A DNA stretch of 64,000 nt from Mobula hypostoma. Its lineage: Eukaryota. Positions 24,013-37,168 of the stretch are shown here, one piece after another. The first letter of the stretch is position 1; the number at the start of each line of letters is the position of its first letter. The notes under the pieces were generated by a model that was not told the DNA's origin, searched no databases, and saw nothing but the letters and a program-made list of their open reading frames with translations. The stretch spans positions 8,186,001 to 8,250,000 of the forward strand of contig NC_086101.1 in assembly GCF_963921235.1 (NCBI RefSeq). Direction: 5' to 3'. Made by a program: the position numbers and the translations under genes.

Positions 24013-25150
24013 GTGGCAGTTCCACACGGTAGGCTTATTCAGAAAGTCAGAAGGCATGGGATCCAGGGAAGTTTGGCCAGGTGGATTCAGAATTGGCTTG
24101 CCTGCAGAAGGCAGAGGGTGGTGGTGGAGGGAGTACATTCAGATTGGAGGATTGTGACTAGTGGTGTCCCACAAGGATCTGTTCTGGGACCTCTACTTTT
24201 CATGATTTTTATTAATGACCTGGATGTGGGGGTAGAAGGGTGGGTTGGCAAGTTTGCAGACGACACAAAGGTTGGTGGTGTTGTAGATAGTGTAGAGGAT
24301 TGTCAAAGATTGCAGAGAGACATTGATAGGATGCAGAAGTGGGCTGAGAAGTGGCAGATGGAGTTCAACCTGGAGAAGTGTGAGGTGGTACACTTTGGAA
24401 AGACAAACTCCAAGGCAGAGTACAAAGTAAATGGCTGGATACTTGGTAGTGTGGAGGAGCAGAGGGATCTCGGGGTACATGTCCACAGATCCCTGAAAGT
24501 TGCCTCACAGGTGGATAGGGTAGTTAAGAAAGCTTATGGGGTGTTAGCTTTCATACGTTGAGGGATAGAGTTTAAGAGTTGCGATGTAATGATGCAGCTC
24601 TATAAAACTCTGGTTAGGCCTCACTTGGAGTATTGTGTCCAGTTCTGGTCACCTCACTATAGGAAGGATGTGGAAGCATTGGAAAGGGTACAGAGGAGAT
24701 TTACCAGGATGCTGCCTGGTTTAGAAAGTATGCATTATGATCAGAGATTAAGGGAGCTAGGGCTTTACTCTTTGGAGAGAAGGAGGATGAGAGGAGACAT
24801 GATAGAGGTGTACAAGATAATAAGAGGAATAGATAGAGTGGATAGCCAGCGCCTCTTCCCCAGGGCACCACTGCTCAATACAAGAGGACATGGCTTTAAG
24901 GTAAGGGGTGGGAAGTTCAAGGGGGATATTAGAGGAAGGTTTTTTACTCAGAGACTGGTTGGTGTGTGGAATGCACTGCCTGAGTCAGTGGTGGAGGCAG
25001 CTACACTAGTGAAGTTTAAGAGACTACTAGACAGGTATATGGAGGAATCTAAGGTGGGGGCTTATATGGGAGGCAGGGTTTGAGGGTCGGCACAACATTG
25101 TGGGCCGAAGGGCCTGTACTGTGCTGTACTATTCTATGTTCTATGTTCTA
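24013..25150 (+). mobile_element. Young CR1 LINE, 5'-truncated, (TTCTATG)n tail
   Basis: RT motifs GVPQGSVLGP, KFADDTK and LVRPHLEYCVQFWSP. Only one in-frame stop (24559-24561). Confidence 0.93.
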
Positions 25151-26475
25151 GTTGAACCCACCTCCACCACTTACGCTAACAGCTCGCCCCACACTCTAAC
25201 TACCCTCTGAGTGAAGAGCTTCCCCCTCAGATTCTCATTAAATATTTCAACTTTCACCTTAAACACCCAACCTCAGTTAGAAAAAGCCTGCTTACATTCA
25301 CCCTATCTACACCCTTCCTAATTTTGTATACCTCTATCAAATCTCCCCTCATGCTCATGCACTCCAGGGAATAAAGTCTTAACCTGCTCAATAACACAGG
25401 ACCTCAAGTCTTGGCACCAGCTTTGTCATTTTTCTCTGTAGTGACTCCTGCATGCACTCTGTCAACCCCGTCAGAAAGTTATATGCTTTAATGAAATGGT
25501 GACCCGAACTCAGCTGGACACTGCTTTGAAGGGCGGTACCTGGAAAACTGTGTGCAGTTCAGGTCACTGCACGGTATCAAAGATCATGATTAAGCTCAAG
25601 AGAGTGCAAGAAAGGGATCATAAGGATGTTTCCAAGACAGATGGGATTAAATTATCAGGAGAGATCAGATAGACTGCGACTGTTTTCTCTGAAGAAAGGA
25701 GGCTAAAAAGTAACCTTCTAGGGGTCTATAAAATCACGATAAGCTGGGTAGTCCTGATGAAGGGTCTCCGCCTGTTTCTTTACTGCTTTCCATAGATTCT
25801 CCACCAGCATTTTCTGTGTGTTACTAAGGTGCAGGGTTACCATCCATTTGCCCCAGGATACAGGCGTCTAAAACTCAGTGGAGAGGTTTAAGGTAAGACG
25901 GGAGCAATTTAGAGGGGACCTGAGGGGCAAGTTTTTCATGCAGTAAGTGTTGGGTCTGTGGAACAAGCTGCTAAAAGTAGTAGTAGAGTTAGGTACAATA
26001 ACAATGTTTAAAAGACATTTGGACATGTGCGTGGATATGCAAAGTTTGGATGGATACAGGCCAAATGCAGGGAAATGGGATTAGCTGAGGACAGCACTGA
26101 CAAGTCAGAGCATCGGTGCTATGAAACTCTGTCCCTCATCCTTGTATTCTCAGCAGGTTCTAGGCACAGACTCTCCTCACCACCCAAAGCTGTCTTTCCC
26201 AGGAAAACCAGCAGTAATCTAGTCTGCAAGGCGGAGAGGAAAATCCATCTCCTGGGTTTGTCCCAGAGGCTCCAGCAGTACCAGCTCAGCACCAGGAGAG
26301 GGGGGCACCGGCATGCAACTGTGTGAGGTGGGGACACAAAGAGATTCTGCAGGTGCTGGAAATTCGGAGCAACATACACAAAATGCTGGAGGAAATCAGC
26401 AGGTCAGGCAGCATCTATGGAGGGGAATAAACTCTCCCCTTCTCTATCTCTTTCTGTATCTGTCCCCCAGCTCCA

Positions 26476-27945
26476 TGCCTCTCTGTGTCTCTCCCCCAGG
26501 TCTATCCCTCTCTGTATCTCTCCCCCAGGTCTATCCCTCTCTGTATGTCTCTCCCAGGTCTATCCCTCTCTGTGTCTCTCCCCCAGGTCTATCCCTCTCT
26601 GTGTCTCTCCCCCAGGTCTATCCCTCTCTGTATCTCTCCCCCAGGTCTATCCCTCTCTGTATGTCTCTCCCAGGTCTATCCCTCTCTGTGTCTCTCCCCC
26701 AGGTCTATCCCTCTCTGTATCTCTCCCCCAGGTCTATCCCTCTCTGTATGTCTCTCCCAGGTCTATCCCTCTCTGTGTCTCTCCCCCAGGTCTATCCTTC
26801 TCTGTGTCTCTCCCCCAGGTCTATCCCTCTCTGTATCTCTCCCACAGGTCTATCCCTCTCTGTATGTCTCTCCCAGGTCTATCCCTCTCTGTGTCTCTCC
26901 CCCAGGTCTATCCCTCTCTGTATCTCTCCCCCAGGTCTATCCCTCTCTGTATGTCTCTCCCAGGTCTATCCCTCTCTGTGTCTCTCCCCCAGGTCTATCC
27001 CTCTCTGTATCTCTCCCCCAGGTCTATCCCTCTCTGTGTCTCTCCCCCAGGTCTATCCCTCTCTGTATCTCTCTCCCAGGTCTATCCCTCTCTGTATCTC
27101 TCTCCCAGGTCTACCCCTCTCTGTATCTCTCCCCCAGGTCTATCCCTCTCTGTGTCTCTCCCCCAGGTCTATCCCTCTCTGTATCTCTCCCCCAGGTCTA
27201 CCCCTCTCTGTATCTCTCCCCCAGGTCTATCCCTCTCTGTATCTATCCCCCAGGTCTATCCCTCTCTGTATCTCTCCCCCAGGTCTATCCCTCTCTGTAT
27301 TTATCCCCCAGGTCTATCCCTCTTTGTATCTATCCCCCAGGTCTATCACTCTCTGTATCTCTCCCCCAGGTCTATCCCTCTCTGTATCTCTCCCCCAGGT
27401 CTATCTCTCTCTGTATCTCTCCCCCAGGTCTATCCCTCTCTGTATCTCTCCCCCTGGTCTATCTCTCTCTGTATCTCTCCCCCAGGTCTATCGCTCTCTG
27501 TATCTCTCCCCCAGGTCTATCCCTCTCTGTATCTCTCTCCCAGGTCTATCTTCTCTGTATGTCTCTCCCAGGTCTATCCCTCTCTGTATCTCTCTCCCAG
27601 GTCTATCCCTCTCTGTATCTCTCCCCCAGGTCTATCCCTCTCTGTATGTCTCTCCCAGGTCTATCCCTCTCTGTGTCTCTCCCCCAGGTCTATCTCTCTC
27701 TGTGTCTCTCCCCCAGGTCTATCCCTCTCTGTATCTCTCTCCCAGGTCTATCCCTCTCTGTATCTCTCCCCCAGGTCTATCGCTCTCTGTGTCTCTCCCC
27801 CAGGTCTATCCCTCTCTGTATCTCTCCCCCAGGTCTATCTCTCTCTGTATCTCTCCCCCAGGTCTATCCGTCTCTGTATCTCTCTCCCAGGTCTATCCCT
27901 CTCTGTATCTCTCCCCCAGGTCTATCCTTCTCTGTATCTGTCCCT
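26476..27945 (+). repeat. 29-bp minisatellite, ~50 copies, consensus CCCCCAGGTCTATCCCTCTCTGTATCTCT
   Basis: Direct reading; CAGGTC spacing is 29 bp (e.g. 26642 and 26671). Confidence 0.95.
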
Positions 27946-28154
27946 CTTATCCTCACATCTCACTATCTCATATCTGTCTCTGTATCTAAACCCCCATCTC
28001 TCTGCATCTACTCTCCTTTCTTTTGCTTATGGCTGCCCCATATTATCTTAATGATGCTCTCTCTATAAATAAATTTTTCATCATCCTATTTCAGGAAAAA
28101 ATGTTGAGGCATTGGTGAGGGCGCAGAAGTTGTTCACAGAATGCTGCCTGGATT

Positions 28155-30657
28155 CAGTGGCAGTGCCAAAGATTTTTTCTTGCTGGTGCTACAGAGGGGT
28201 AAAATGATTCAGTGATGGTGCTGAGGGATGCACTGTATGGGAATAAGTATTCGCAAGGCCAGACGCGTGGTGTTAAAAAGTCAGTTTCAAGCATTATGTG
28301 CCTACTATAAATGCCTCTGTTGATTCACAAGCAACAGCAATTAATAGATCTAATATAGAAGTGAACTGTTACAGTGTCAACGGCATCGGAGACAACCTGG
28401 GCTACACAGAGCAGAAACAAAAAAAACAAACAGAGCATCCGAGCAACAGCGGACAACGTGAATCACGCACCAATCCCGCAATCAGCGCAAAATGCATGCT
28501 TTTCAACTGAAAAACACAAAATGAACCCACTGCTATTCGCATTACATAGACAGCAATGCCTAAAGATACACCATTATTAAAGTCAAATAAGGCAAACAAC
28601 AGATGCAAGGCTTTACTAGGAGTTGGACAAATCGTACTCTGACCATGCAATACCTCAATTAATTGGGCTATTGAATTTAAACAAAAATCAACAGTATCAG
28701 CGCTTGGAAGTCTAAGCTAAACCAGTAGACTTAATAGCAGTAAATGTAATATTTTAGAATTTGCAGGAAACATAAGGACTATGGGGTATCCACCACAAAA
28801 TAATAACAATAATCAGCATTAGTCTTGGCCCAAATTTTTAAATCAACTGCACTCACCATTAATGTTTTCAGAGAAGCACAATCCGTCTGTTGTTGTGATC
28901 GTGGGCAACAGAGTTTGAAAAGAAGTTGTAAAGCAGCTGCACAGTTTCAAAAAACTCACCCGCTTGTGGTACATTGCTCACAACATCCACTAACACATGG
29001 TTAAGTCTGTGAGCATGGCAGTGTATATATAATGCCTACGGGACCTCTTTCCTGAACCTCTCTTGTACCCCGTTATTGCACCCGGACATCACTGCCGCCC
29101 CATCAAAAAACTGACCCATACAGGCATTCTTATCAATAACACACTGGGCGAGTGTCTGTTCAATGCTTTTAAGAAGCGACTCTGAGTCCAACCTTTCTGC
29201 TGGAGTGAAGCGCAAGAATTCTTCAAGCACTGTTTCATTATTCAAATACCACACCACCACTGATAGTTGCTCCTTTTTACTCAAGTCTTTACTTTCATCC
29301 ACCATGATGGCAAAATATCCAGCTTCCTTGATTTCTGCACTTATTTGACATCTGACCATATCCGCCTTAATACCCATAATTTCATTTTGGATATCGTGAT
29401 GGATGTTTTTTGCATTTCCAGGGTTTTCCTCTTTTTCTTTAGCTACAGTCTTATCAAACTGTCCAATTACACTGAGAAACTCAACAAAGTTTCCCCTATT
29501 GCCAGATCCATCATTCTCCCGGTGTCCTCGCTGGGCAATGCCTTGGCATGCAGTTTAGCGTAGAGACTCAACCACTGCTCTCATGTACTCACAATTTTCT
29601 TGGACAATCTTTGCATGTCCTTTATCAAGCATATTTCCCAATCTTGAACCGTTTTGCTTTCTCAATCTGAATTCGGCCCATGCCTCCATAGCAAACTTAT
29701 GAGCTGCACTTACATGGTGGGTTTTGAAAGCTGTTGTAGCTTTCCCCTAGTTGCGGTAACCGGTGACAGTGAAGGTAGACTCAGAATGGAACCCATGTCC
29801 TCCACACAGGAAATGCCTGCATGCGAAGCAGAATGTAGTATATTTCGTGATCGAATATTCCAGCCAGGAGTACAGGTCAAACCAGCCGCCAATAAAACTC
29901 CTTTGCTGATTGCCAAACTGTTGCGAAGGGTACTTTTTCAATGCTAGCCGACAGGGTCCTTCCTCAGGCTGCTGGCCAACATCGCTAACAGTATTCCCAC
30001 TAGCACTAACAGCAGCTACATTCACGTTCTCTTCCGAATCCCGCTCCAGTTCTTGTTCCTCTACTTCGCCCTCACACTCCTTCGATGAACTGCTGTCGTC
30101 CTCATCCCCACTTACTCCTTTCTGCATGTCACTTTCAATTAAGACATGCTCAGGCTGAGACACCACTGATTCCTCTGGATGAGGTCGTTTTCTGACTAAA
30201 AGTGGATCCATTTTTCACGCCCACCAAAATAATGCACGTGCCAGGCCCACGCTCGCTTGTAAAAGCACAATGTGTGTGTGTGTGCGTGTGGCATCCGTTC
30301 GTCTCGCGAGACCACGGATCTGCGCCTGGATGTATACTATCAATCTCCCGCGTGAGTGAGAGTGAGTGACGTCACCTTAAGTGATCTTAGATCAGCTTAA
30401 CTGATCTGAGGACAGCAACGGCAAGACATTGACAAAGAACGAAGTGTAGAGTGAATCAGACAGAGTTTATAACTTTTTTGCTGTGTGGGTGCTATGGTAA
30501 TTGGGAACGCTGTTTCACTAGATCAACTGGAGAAACAAGCTGTGTTCAAAACTATACAGAGAAAGCAAAGCAGATGCAGTTAATTTCTTGGTGATGCTAT
30601 GGTGGGGTTATTGCAATTTCTGCTGGGGCACCTAGCACCACCTTAGCACCGCCCCTG
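28155..30657 (-). mobile_element. hAT (Tip100/Zaphod-like) DNA transposon, internally deleted
   Basis: 8-bp TSD CCTGGATT at 28147-28154 and 30658-30665. Imperfect 17-bp TIRs CAGTGGCAGTGCCAAAG / CAGGGGCGGTGCTAAGG. Inserted in a CR1 fragment. Confidence 0.92.
28868..30211 (-). pseudogene. Disrupted hAT transposase (TTF-type zinc finger plus DUF4371-like catalytic region)
   Basis: WLEYS...FCFACRHF zinc finger, YFAIMVDESKDLSKKEQLS, GQFFDGAAVMSG and YIHCHAHRLN (CxxH). In-frame stops are present. It runs from FSNSVAHD to HNNRRIVLL*, with no C-terminal dimerisation domain. Confidence 0.88.
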
Positions 30658-31934
30658 CCTGGATTAGAGGACATGTGCTGTAACGAGAGGCTTGAACAAT
30701 CTTGGGTTGTCTCTCTGGAGTGGTGGAGGCTGAGGAGGGAACAGAAACTTATGAGGCCTGCAGTTTGAGGAGACATCCATTTCCCAGGGGTGTCATGACT
30801 AATACCAGAGGGTAGGCATTTAAGGCAAGAGGAAGGAAGTTTAAAGATGATGTGTCAGACAAGTTTTTATTTACACACAGAATAGTGGGTGCCGAGGCGT
30901 GTGGTGGAACTAGATGCAATACTGGGGTTTGAGATGCTTTTAAATGAGTTTTCAGGGAACAGAGGGTGTGGATCATGTGCAGGCAGAGGTATTTTGTGTA
31001 ATTTGGTGTCAAGGTCAGCACTGACATTGTGGGCTGAATGGCCTGTTCTTGTGCTATATTGTTCTTTGTTCAGCAGGCCAGGCAGCAGCAAAGGGAAATA
31101 AACAGTCGGCATTTTGGAATCCAACTGCTCTAAACATCCAGATGAACCATCCAGTCGACCCAAAACGTGGACTCCACCTTCACAGATGCTGCCTGGCGCA
31201 CTGAGTTGATCCAGCAGTTCAATGATCCAGGTTGCAGCATCTGCAGACTCACCTGCATCCATTTCACCATCTTGACATCTTTGTCCACCTCTCTGCATCT
31301 ATCTCTCCATGATTCCAGCAGTCCATCAGTCTGCATAGGTCTTTACACCTGCCTTTTCTAATTCCCAATGTCGGACCCCTCCTCCTGTGTGTCAGCCAGC
31401 TCGTACCCTCAGAGACACACACTGCCCACCGTTACATCTTCACACCACTGCCCTCCTCTCTTTTCTCTCTCACTCTCTCACATTCTGTTGCTCTCTCCCC
31501 CTCTCGCACTCTCGACATGTCTCTCACTCTTCCTCGCTCTCTTTCCTGCTCTTGCACTCACTAGAACACGGAAGAGTACAGCACTCGAACAGACCCTCCA
31601 GCCCCCAACACTGTGCCAAACCAACTTAAGTAGTAATCAAAGAGGCAACTAAACAAATCCCTCATTCCTGCACAAAGTGCATATCCAACCATTTCCTTCA
31701 CATTCGTGTGACTATCCAAACGTCTCCAATGTATCTGCCTTTCCCTCCAGCCTAGACAGCAAACTCCAGGCACCCGCCACTCACAGTGTAAAAAACTTGC
31801 CCCTCACATCTCCTCTGAGATTACCCCCTCTCACACTGAATACATGCCCTCTGCTATTTGACATTTCAACGCCAGGAAAACAACTCAGTCAACGTTGTCT
31901 GTTTACTCTATTTATGCCTGTCATAATCGTATAA

Positions 31935-33785
31935 GTCCGGAAGACATGGGAGCAGAATTAGGCCACTCAGCCCATCAAGTCCACTCCACCATTCAATCAT
32001 GGCTGATCCTTTATTTTCCTTCTCAGCCCCACTCCCTGGCCTTCTCCCCATAACCCTTGATGCCGTGGCCAATCAAGAACCTTTCAATCTCTGCCTTGAA
32101 TACACCCAATGACCTGCCTGCCCTCCACAGTTGCCTGTGGTAACAAATTGCACAAATTCACCACCCTCTGGCTAAAGAAATTTCTCCACATCTCTGTTAT
32201 AAATGGAACCCCCTCTATCCTGAGGCTGTGCCCTCTTGTCCTAGACTCCCCCACCAAGGGAAACATCCTCTCTACATGTACCCTTTCAATGAGATTCCCT
32301 CCTCATCCTTCTAAACTCCAGCAAGTAAAGGACCAGAGCCATCAAACGTTCCTTGTATGATAACCCTTTCATTCCTGGAATCATCCTTGTGAACCCCCTC
32401 TGAACCCTCTCCAATGCCAGCACATCTTTTCTTAGATAAGGAATCCAAAACTGTTCACAATATTCAAGGTGAGGCCTCACCAGTACCTTATAAAGCCTCA
32501 GCATCACATCCCTGCTCTTGTATTCTCGACTTCTTGAAATGAATGCTAACATTGCATTTGCCTTCCTCACCACCAACTCAACCTGCAAGTTAACCTTTAG
32601 GGTGTTTTGCACAAGGACTCTGCATCCCAGATTTTTGGATTTTTTCCCTGTTTAGAAAATAGTTTGCATCCTTATTTCTACTACCAAAGTGCATAACCAT
32701 GCAGTGTATTTCATTTGTCACTTTCTTGCCCATACTCCGAATCTGTCAAAGTTCTTCTGCAGCCTACCTGGCCCTCCACCAATCCTTGTATCACCTGAAA
32801 GCTTAGCAATAAAGCAATCTATTCCATCATCTATATCATTGATATAAATCATAAAAAGCAGTCCCAACACCGAACCCTGCAGAGCATCAACAATCACTGG
32901 CAGCCAACCAGAAAAGGATCTTTTTATTCCCACTCACTGCCTCTTACCAATCAGTAAATGCTCTAACCATGTTAGTAACTTTCCTTTAATACCATAGGCT
33001 CTTAACCTGGGAAGCAGCCTTTGTGGCACCTTGTCAAAGGCCTTGTCAAAATCCAAATGTACAACATTCGCTGCATCCCCTTTATCTATCCTACTTGTAA
33101 TCTCAAAGAATTCCAACAGGTTCATCAGGCAAGATTTTCCCTTAAGGAAACCATGCTAACTTTGTCCTATCTTGTCCTGTGTTACCAAGTACTCTATAAC
33201 CTCATCCTTAACAATTGACTCCAACATCTTCTCAACCATTGAGTTCAGGCTAACTGGTCTATAAATTCCTTTCTACTGTCTCCCTCCTTTCATAAAGAAT
33301 GGAGTGACATTTACAATTTTCCATTTCTTTAAAGATCACTGGTAATGCTTCCACAATCCCTAGAGCTACCTCTTTCAGAACTCTAGGGTGCAGTTCATCT
33401 GGTCCAGGTGACTTACGTACCCTTAGGTCTTTCAGCTTTTTGAGCACCTTCTCCCTTGTTATTGTAACTGCACTCACTTCTCTCCCCTCACACACTACAA
33501 CACCCGACACACCGCTAGTGTCTTCCGCAGTGAAGACTGAAGCAAAATACTCATTTAGTTCATCTTCCGCACATTATTATTTCTCCGGCCTCTTGCTCTA
33601 GCGGTCCTGTATCCATTCTTATCTCTTTTATTTTTTATATATGAAAAAACTTTTACTATCCACTTTGATATTGTTTGCTAGTTTGCTTTCATATTTCATC
33701 TTTTCCCGACTAGTAATTCTTTTAGTTGTTTTCTGTAGACTTTTAAAATCTTCCCAATCCTCTTTCTTCCTGCTAATTTTTGCTG
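31935..33785 (-). mobile_element. Decayed CR1 LINE
   Basis: KSPGPDELHPRVLKE, LDFDKAFDKV and LVRPHLEYCEQFW fragments. A + strand CR1 continues at 33786-33842 and 34373-34897. Confidence 0.88.
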
Positions 33786-33841
33786 AGGCTTTATAAGGCA
33801 CTGGTGAGGCCTCACCTTGAGTATTGCACCCCTCATCTTAG

Positions 33842-34372
33842 AATTGAATTGACTTTATTTCTTACATCCTTCACATGCATGAGGAATAAAAATCTTTACG
33901 TTACATCTCCACCTAAATGTGTGATGTGCAATCGTATTAATTTATAATCATTTATAATAAATAGAACAGTCAATATAATATAGAGCACACTCAAATCAGT
34001 GTGAGTTCACCAGTCTGATGGTCTGGTGGAAGAAGCTGTTCCGGAGCCTGTTGGTTCTGGCTTTTACGCTGCGGTACCGCTTCCCGGATGGTAGCAGCTG
34101 GAATAGATTGTGGTTGGGATGGCTTGGGTCCCCAGTGATCCTACGGGCTCTTTTTACACACCTGTCCTTGTAAATATCCCAAGTCATGGGAAGTTCACAA
34201 CTACAGATGCGCTGGGCTGTCTACACCACTCTCTGCAGAGGCCTGCGATTAAGGGAGGTACAGTTCCCATACCAGCCAGTGATGCAGCCAGTTAGGATGC
34301 TGTAAATTGCGCTGCTGTAGAAAGTTTTTAGGATTTGGGGGCCCATACCAAACTTCCTCAACCTTCTGAGGT
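33842..34372 (-). mobile_element. Rex1-type LINE 3' fragment nested in a CR1
   Basis: DPSHPNHNLFQLLPSGKRYRS motif and (AATTC)n tail. Similar older fragments lie at ~21440-21950 (+), ~49440-50390 (+), ~51280-51510 (-) and ~58990-59400 (-). Confidence 0.75.
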
Positions 34373-35164
34373 GAAAGATGTGCTGGCATTGGCTAGGGTC
34401 CGGAGGACGTTCACAAAGGTGGTTCCAGGAATGAAAGGGTTATCATATGAGGAACGTTTGATGTCTCTGGTCTGTACTTGCTGGAATTCAGAAGGATGAG
34501 GGGGCATCTCATTGAATCCTTTCGAATGTTGAAAGGCCTAGGCAGAGTAGATGTGGAAAGGATGTTTCCCATGGTGGGAGAGTCGAGGACAAGAAGGCAC
34601 AGCCTCAGGATAGAGGGGCGCCTTTCAAAACAGCGATATGGAGAAATTTCTTTAGCCAAAGGGTGGTGAATTTGTGGAATGTGTTGCCACGTGCAGCTGT
34701 GGAGGCCAGGTCACTGGCTGTATTTAAGGCAGAGATTGATAGGTTCTTGATTGGACATGACATCAAAGGTTACGGGGAGAAGGCCGGGAGCTGGGGTTGA
34801 GGAGGAGATAGAAAAAAGGATCAGCCATGATTGAATAGCGGAGCATACTCGATGGGCCAGATGGCCTAATTCAGCTCCTATGTCTTATGGTCTTATTATC
34901 TAAACCTCTTTTGCACCCCGTCCAAAACCTTGACATCCTTCCTAAATGAGATGACCAGAACTGCCTGCAGTACTCCTGATGCAGCCTAACTCGAGTTTTT
35001 TAAGCCGCAGTATAACTTGCTGACACTTAAACTCGATGCATCAACTAATAATGGCAGCGTGCCAAATGCATTCTTAACCACCTGATCAACCTCATTTGTC
35101 TCGCAATTTCCCTCTCCCTCGCACACATTACTGCACAGACTCTCACCCCGCCCCGAGTACTCAC

Positions 35165-35226
35165 ATCTATTTGATAGCAGTGTGTCCAGGGACTTGGCCC
35201 ACTGCCGAGCCTCCTCCACAGTTGGC
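35165..35226 (-). CDS. RGS3: RGS3-like exon (62 nt): PTVEEARQWAKSLDTLLSNR(Y), start of the RGS box
   Basis: Acceptor ctacag|G and donor GAT|gtgagt, phase 2/1. Matches the R4-family helix-1 motif EEAxxWxxSLxxLL. Confidence 0.92.
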
Positions 35227-36210
35227 CTGTAGATACATTGTAGATCAAAGGTGTTAGAGACCAGCCTGCTCAGAGATTACAGGGTGCGGAGCGGGTAAGA
35301 ACAGAGAGAGGGAGTTGAGGGGGGACAGCGTGTTCTCCTGAACGTCAGAATCCCGTAGAGCGATTGGTGACCACTGCACAGCAAGACCCCAGGGGCAAGG
35401 CATATGTGGGGGGGGGGCGGTGGGGTGGGGTGAAGAAGAAGGTAAATTCTGCTGCATACCAAGATCCCATGTGAAGGGCCGTGTTGCCCTGCACTCCTAG
35501 ATCTGTGACGGGCAGCATTGTAAGACCTCACAGAGGGGAAGGGCAGGGTGACAGAGAGCACCACGCGGAGGGAGAGGCTGCATTCCGCCTCAAAGCAGGA
35601 TTCAGTGAGCGTGCGCGTGCCTGCGAGGGGTGGGCGCACCACGCCATGTGCTCGCTGACCTGTGGTCTGGCACACAGAAAGATCCCACGAGGCGAGAGAG
35701 AGTGTGCATTCCGCTGAACACCGGTGCCTCAGAGAGGACTCGAGGGGAGCCGGGGGAAGGGCCAGCGTAGGTCAACGAGAGGGGCGGTGGCTGAAACCCA
35801 GGGTTGGCAGGGGAATGGGAAAGAGAGGAGATTGGGGAGCTGGAAAGTGGGGGGAAACGGGAGGGGACGGGGAGGTGGGGAAAGGGGAGGGGGGAGTGTG
35901 GAAAGGGGTGGGATAGCAGGGGAGTGACTATGGAGAGTGGTGGGCAAAGGCTCAATTGGGGAGAAGAGTGTGCAGAGCGCGGATAAAGGGGGAGAAAGGA
36001 GCATGAGGAGTGTGGAGGGAGGAGGGGAAATGGGAGCACGAGTGTGCAGAGAGGGAGGGGGAGGGTTGAAGAGAGTAGGTAGTGGGGGAGGTGGAGTGAG
36101 AGGGTGAGGGAGCAGAGTAAGGGAGAGAGGGGCGATGGAAGGGAGGAGGAGAGGGTGAGGGGAGTGAGGAGCGAGTGTGTAAAGATGGAGGGGAGAGGGG
36201 GCAGTCTTAC

Positions 36211-36279
36211 CTCAGGGAGTCTAACTCACTCAGCCCTGCCGAGTCATTCCTCCTTTGCCAGAAGCCCAGCCGACTCGTC
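36211..36279 (-). CDS. RGS3: RGS3-like exon (69 nt): TSRLGFWQRRNDSAGLSELDSL(R)
   Basis: Acceptor cttccccacccacag|G and donor GAG|gtaaga, phase 2/2. LGFWQRRNDS resembles RGS3 LGIFRRRNES. Confidence 0.82.
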
Positions 36280-37088
36280 CTGTGGGTGGGGAAGCAGAGA
36301 ATCAAACCAGGCCTCCTCTCCCGAACGGGCTGTGCTGGGGTGCGGGGACAATCACTCGCCAGATTTCATCAGCAGCCAGTGGAAAAGCAGAGAGATCGGC
36401 TGATCCGTGGAACAGAGTCAGGGCTGGGACAGGTTCCCTCCCTCCCCCCACCTGCACCACTGCCCCACCACCAGACCAGGGTGGGACGGAAATTCCTCCA
36501 CCTCTGACTCCTGTACTGTCCCACATCCTGACCTCTCCTCCCCTGCTGCCTACATCCAGGTCCAGACACAGGATCCTTTCCCCCTGTGTGTCTGCACATC
36601 CTCACGCATACACACGTACAGAAACAGTCACACACACACACACACACACACACAGAGACAAATACACACAGAAACAGTCACACACACACGCGCATAAACA
36701 CACACAGAAACACTCACATACCTGTACATAGAAACACTCGAACATGCACACACATAATCACACAAAGATACACACCTTGTGTGTGTTTTTCACTTTAGCC
36801 CTGGAGGAATGATGTTTCATGGACACCCTCACTCATACACTCAGAAACACGTGTACAAACACACACACAAGCTAGTGAAAACACACAGACACACACACAC
36901 AAACACTCACACACACAAACAGTCAAACACACATAAACACTTAGACACACACACAGAGATAAACACACAAACGCTCACGCACACATACATAGGCACACAC
37001 AGATACACACAACCATTTGCCCAGTTCTCAGCACCCCACCTCCACCCTCCCGGCTCCCAAACCTGCCTGTGGGGAAGGGGACACTCAC

Positions 37089-37168
37089 AAGGGATTCTTC
37101 CATCGGCTCCGGCTGTCGCTCTCGGAGGTGTCGAGTCCGAGATCCGACTCCAAGCTGGAGGCCAGGTG
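37089..37168 (-). CDS. RGS3: RGS3-like exon (80 nt): HLASSLESDLGLDTSESDSRSRWKNP(L)
   Basis: Acceptor tttctgtctttcag|CAC and donor CTT|gtgagt. Phase 0/2 fits both neighbours; it sits where the RGS3 ...KSKNL exon is expected. Confidence 0.82.

Noticed and set aside
26313..28068. Three 527-558 aa ORFs, and a possible CRISPR-like reading of the array
   Set aside because: Artefacts of a stop-free 29-bp tandem repeat. There are no unique spacers and no cas genes.
36280..36400. Possible extra exon ending TG|gcgagt at 36360 (GC-AG intron of 80 nt)
   Set aside because: Non-canonical donor with no good acceptor, and the 37089-to-36279 junction already fits in phase.
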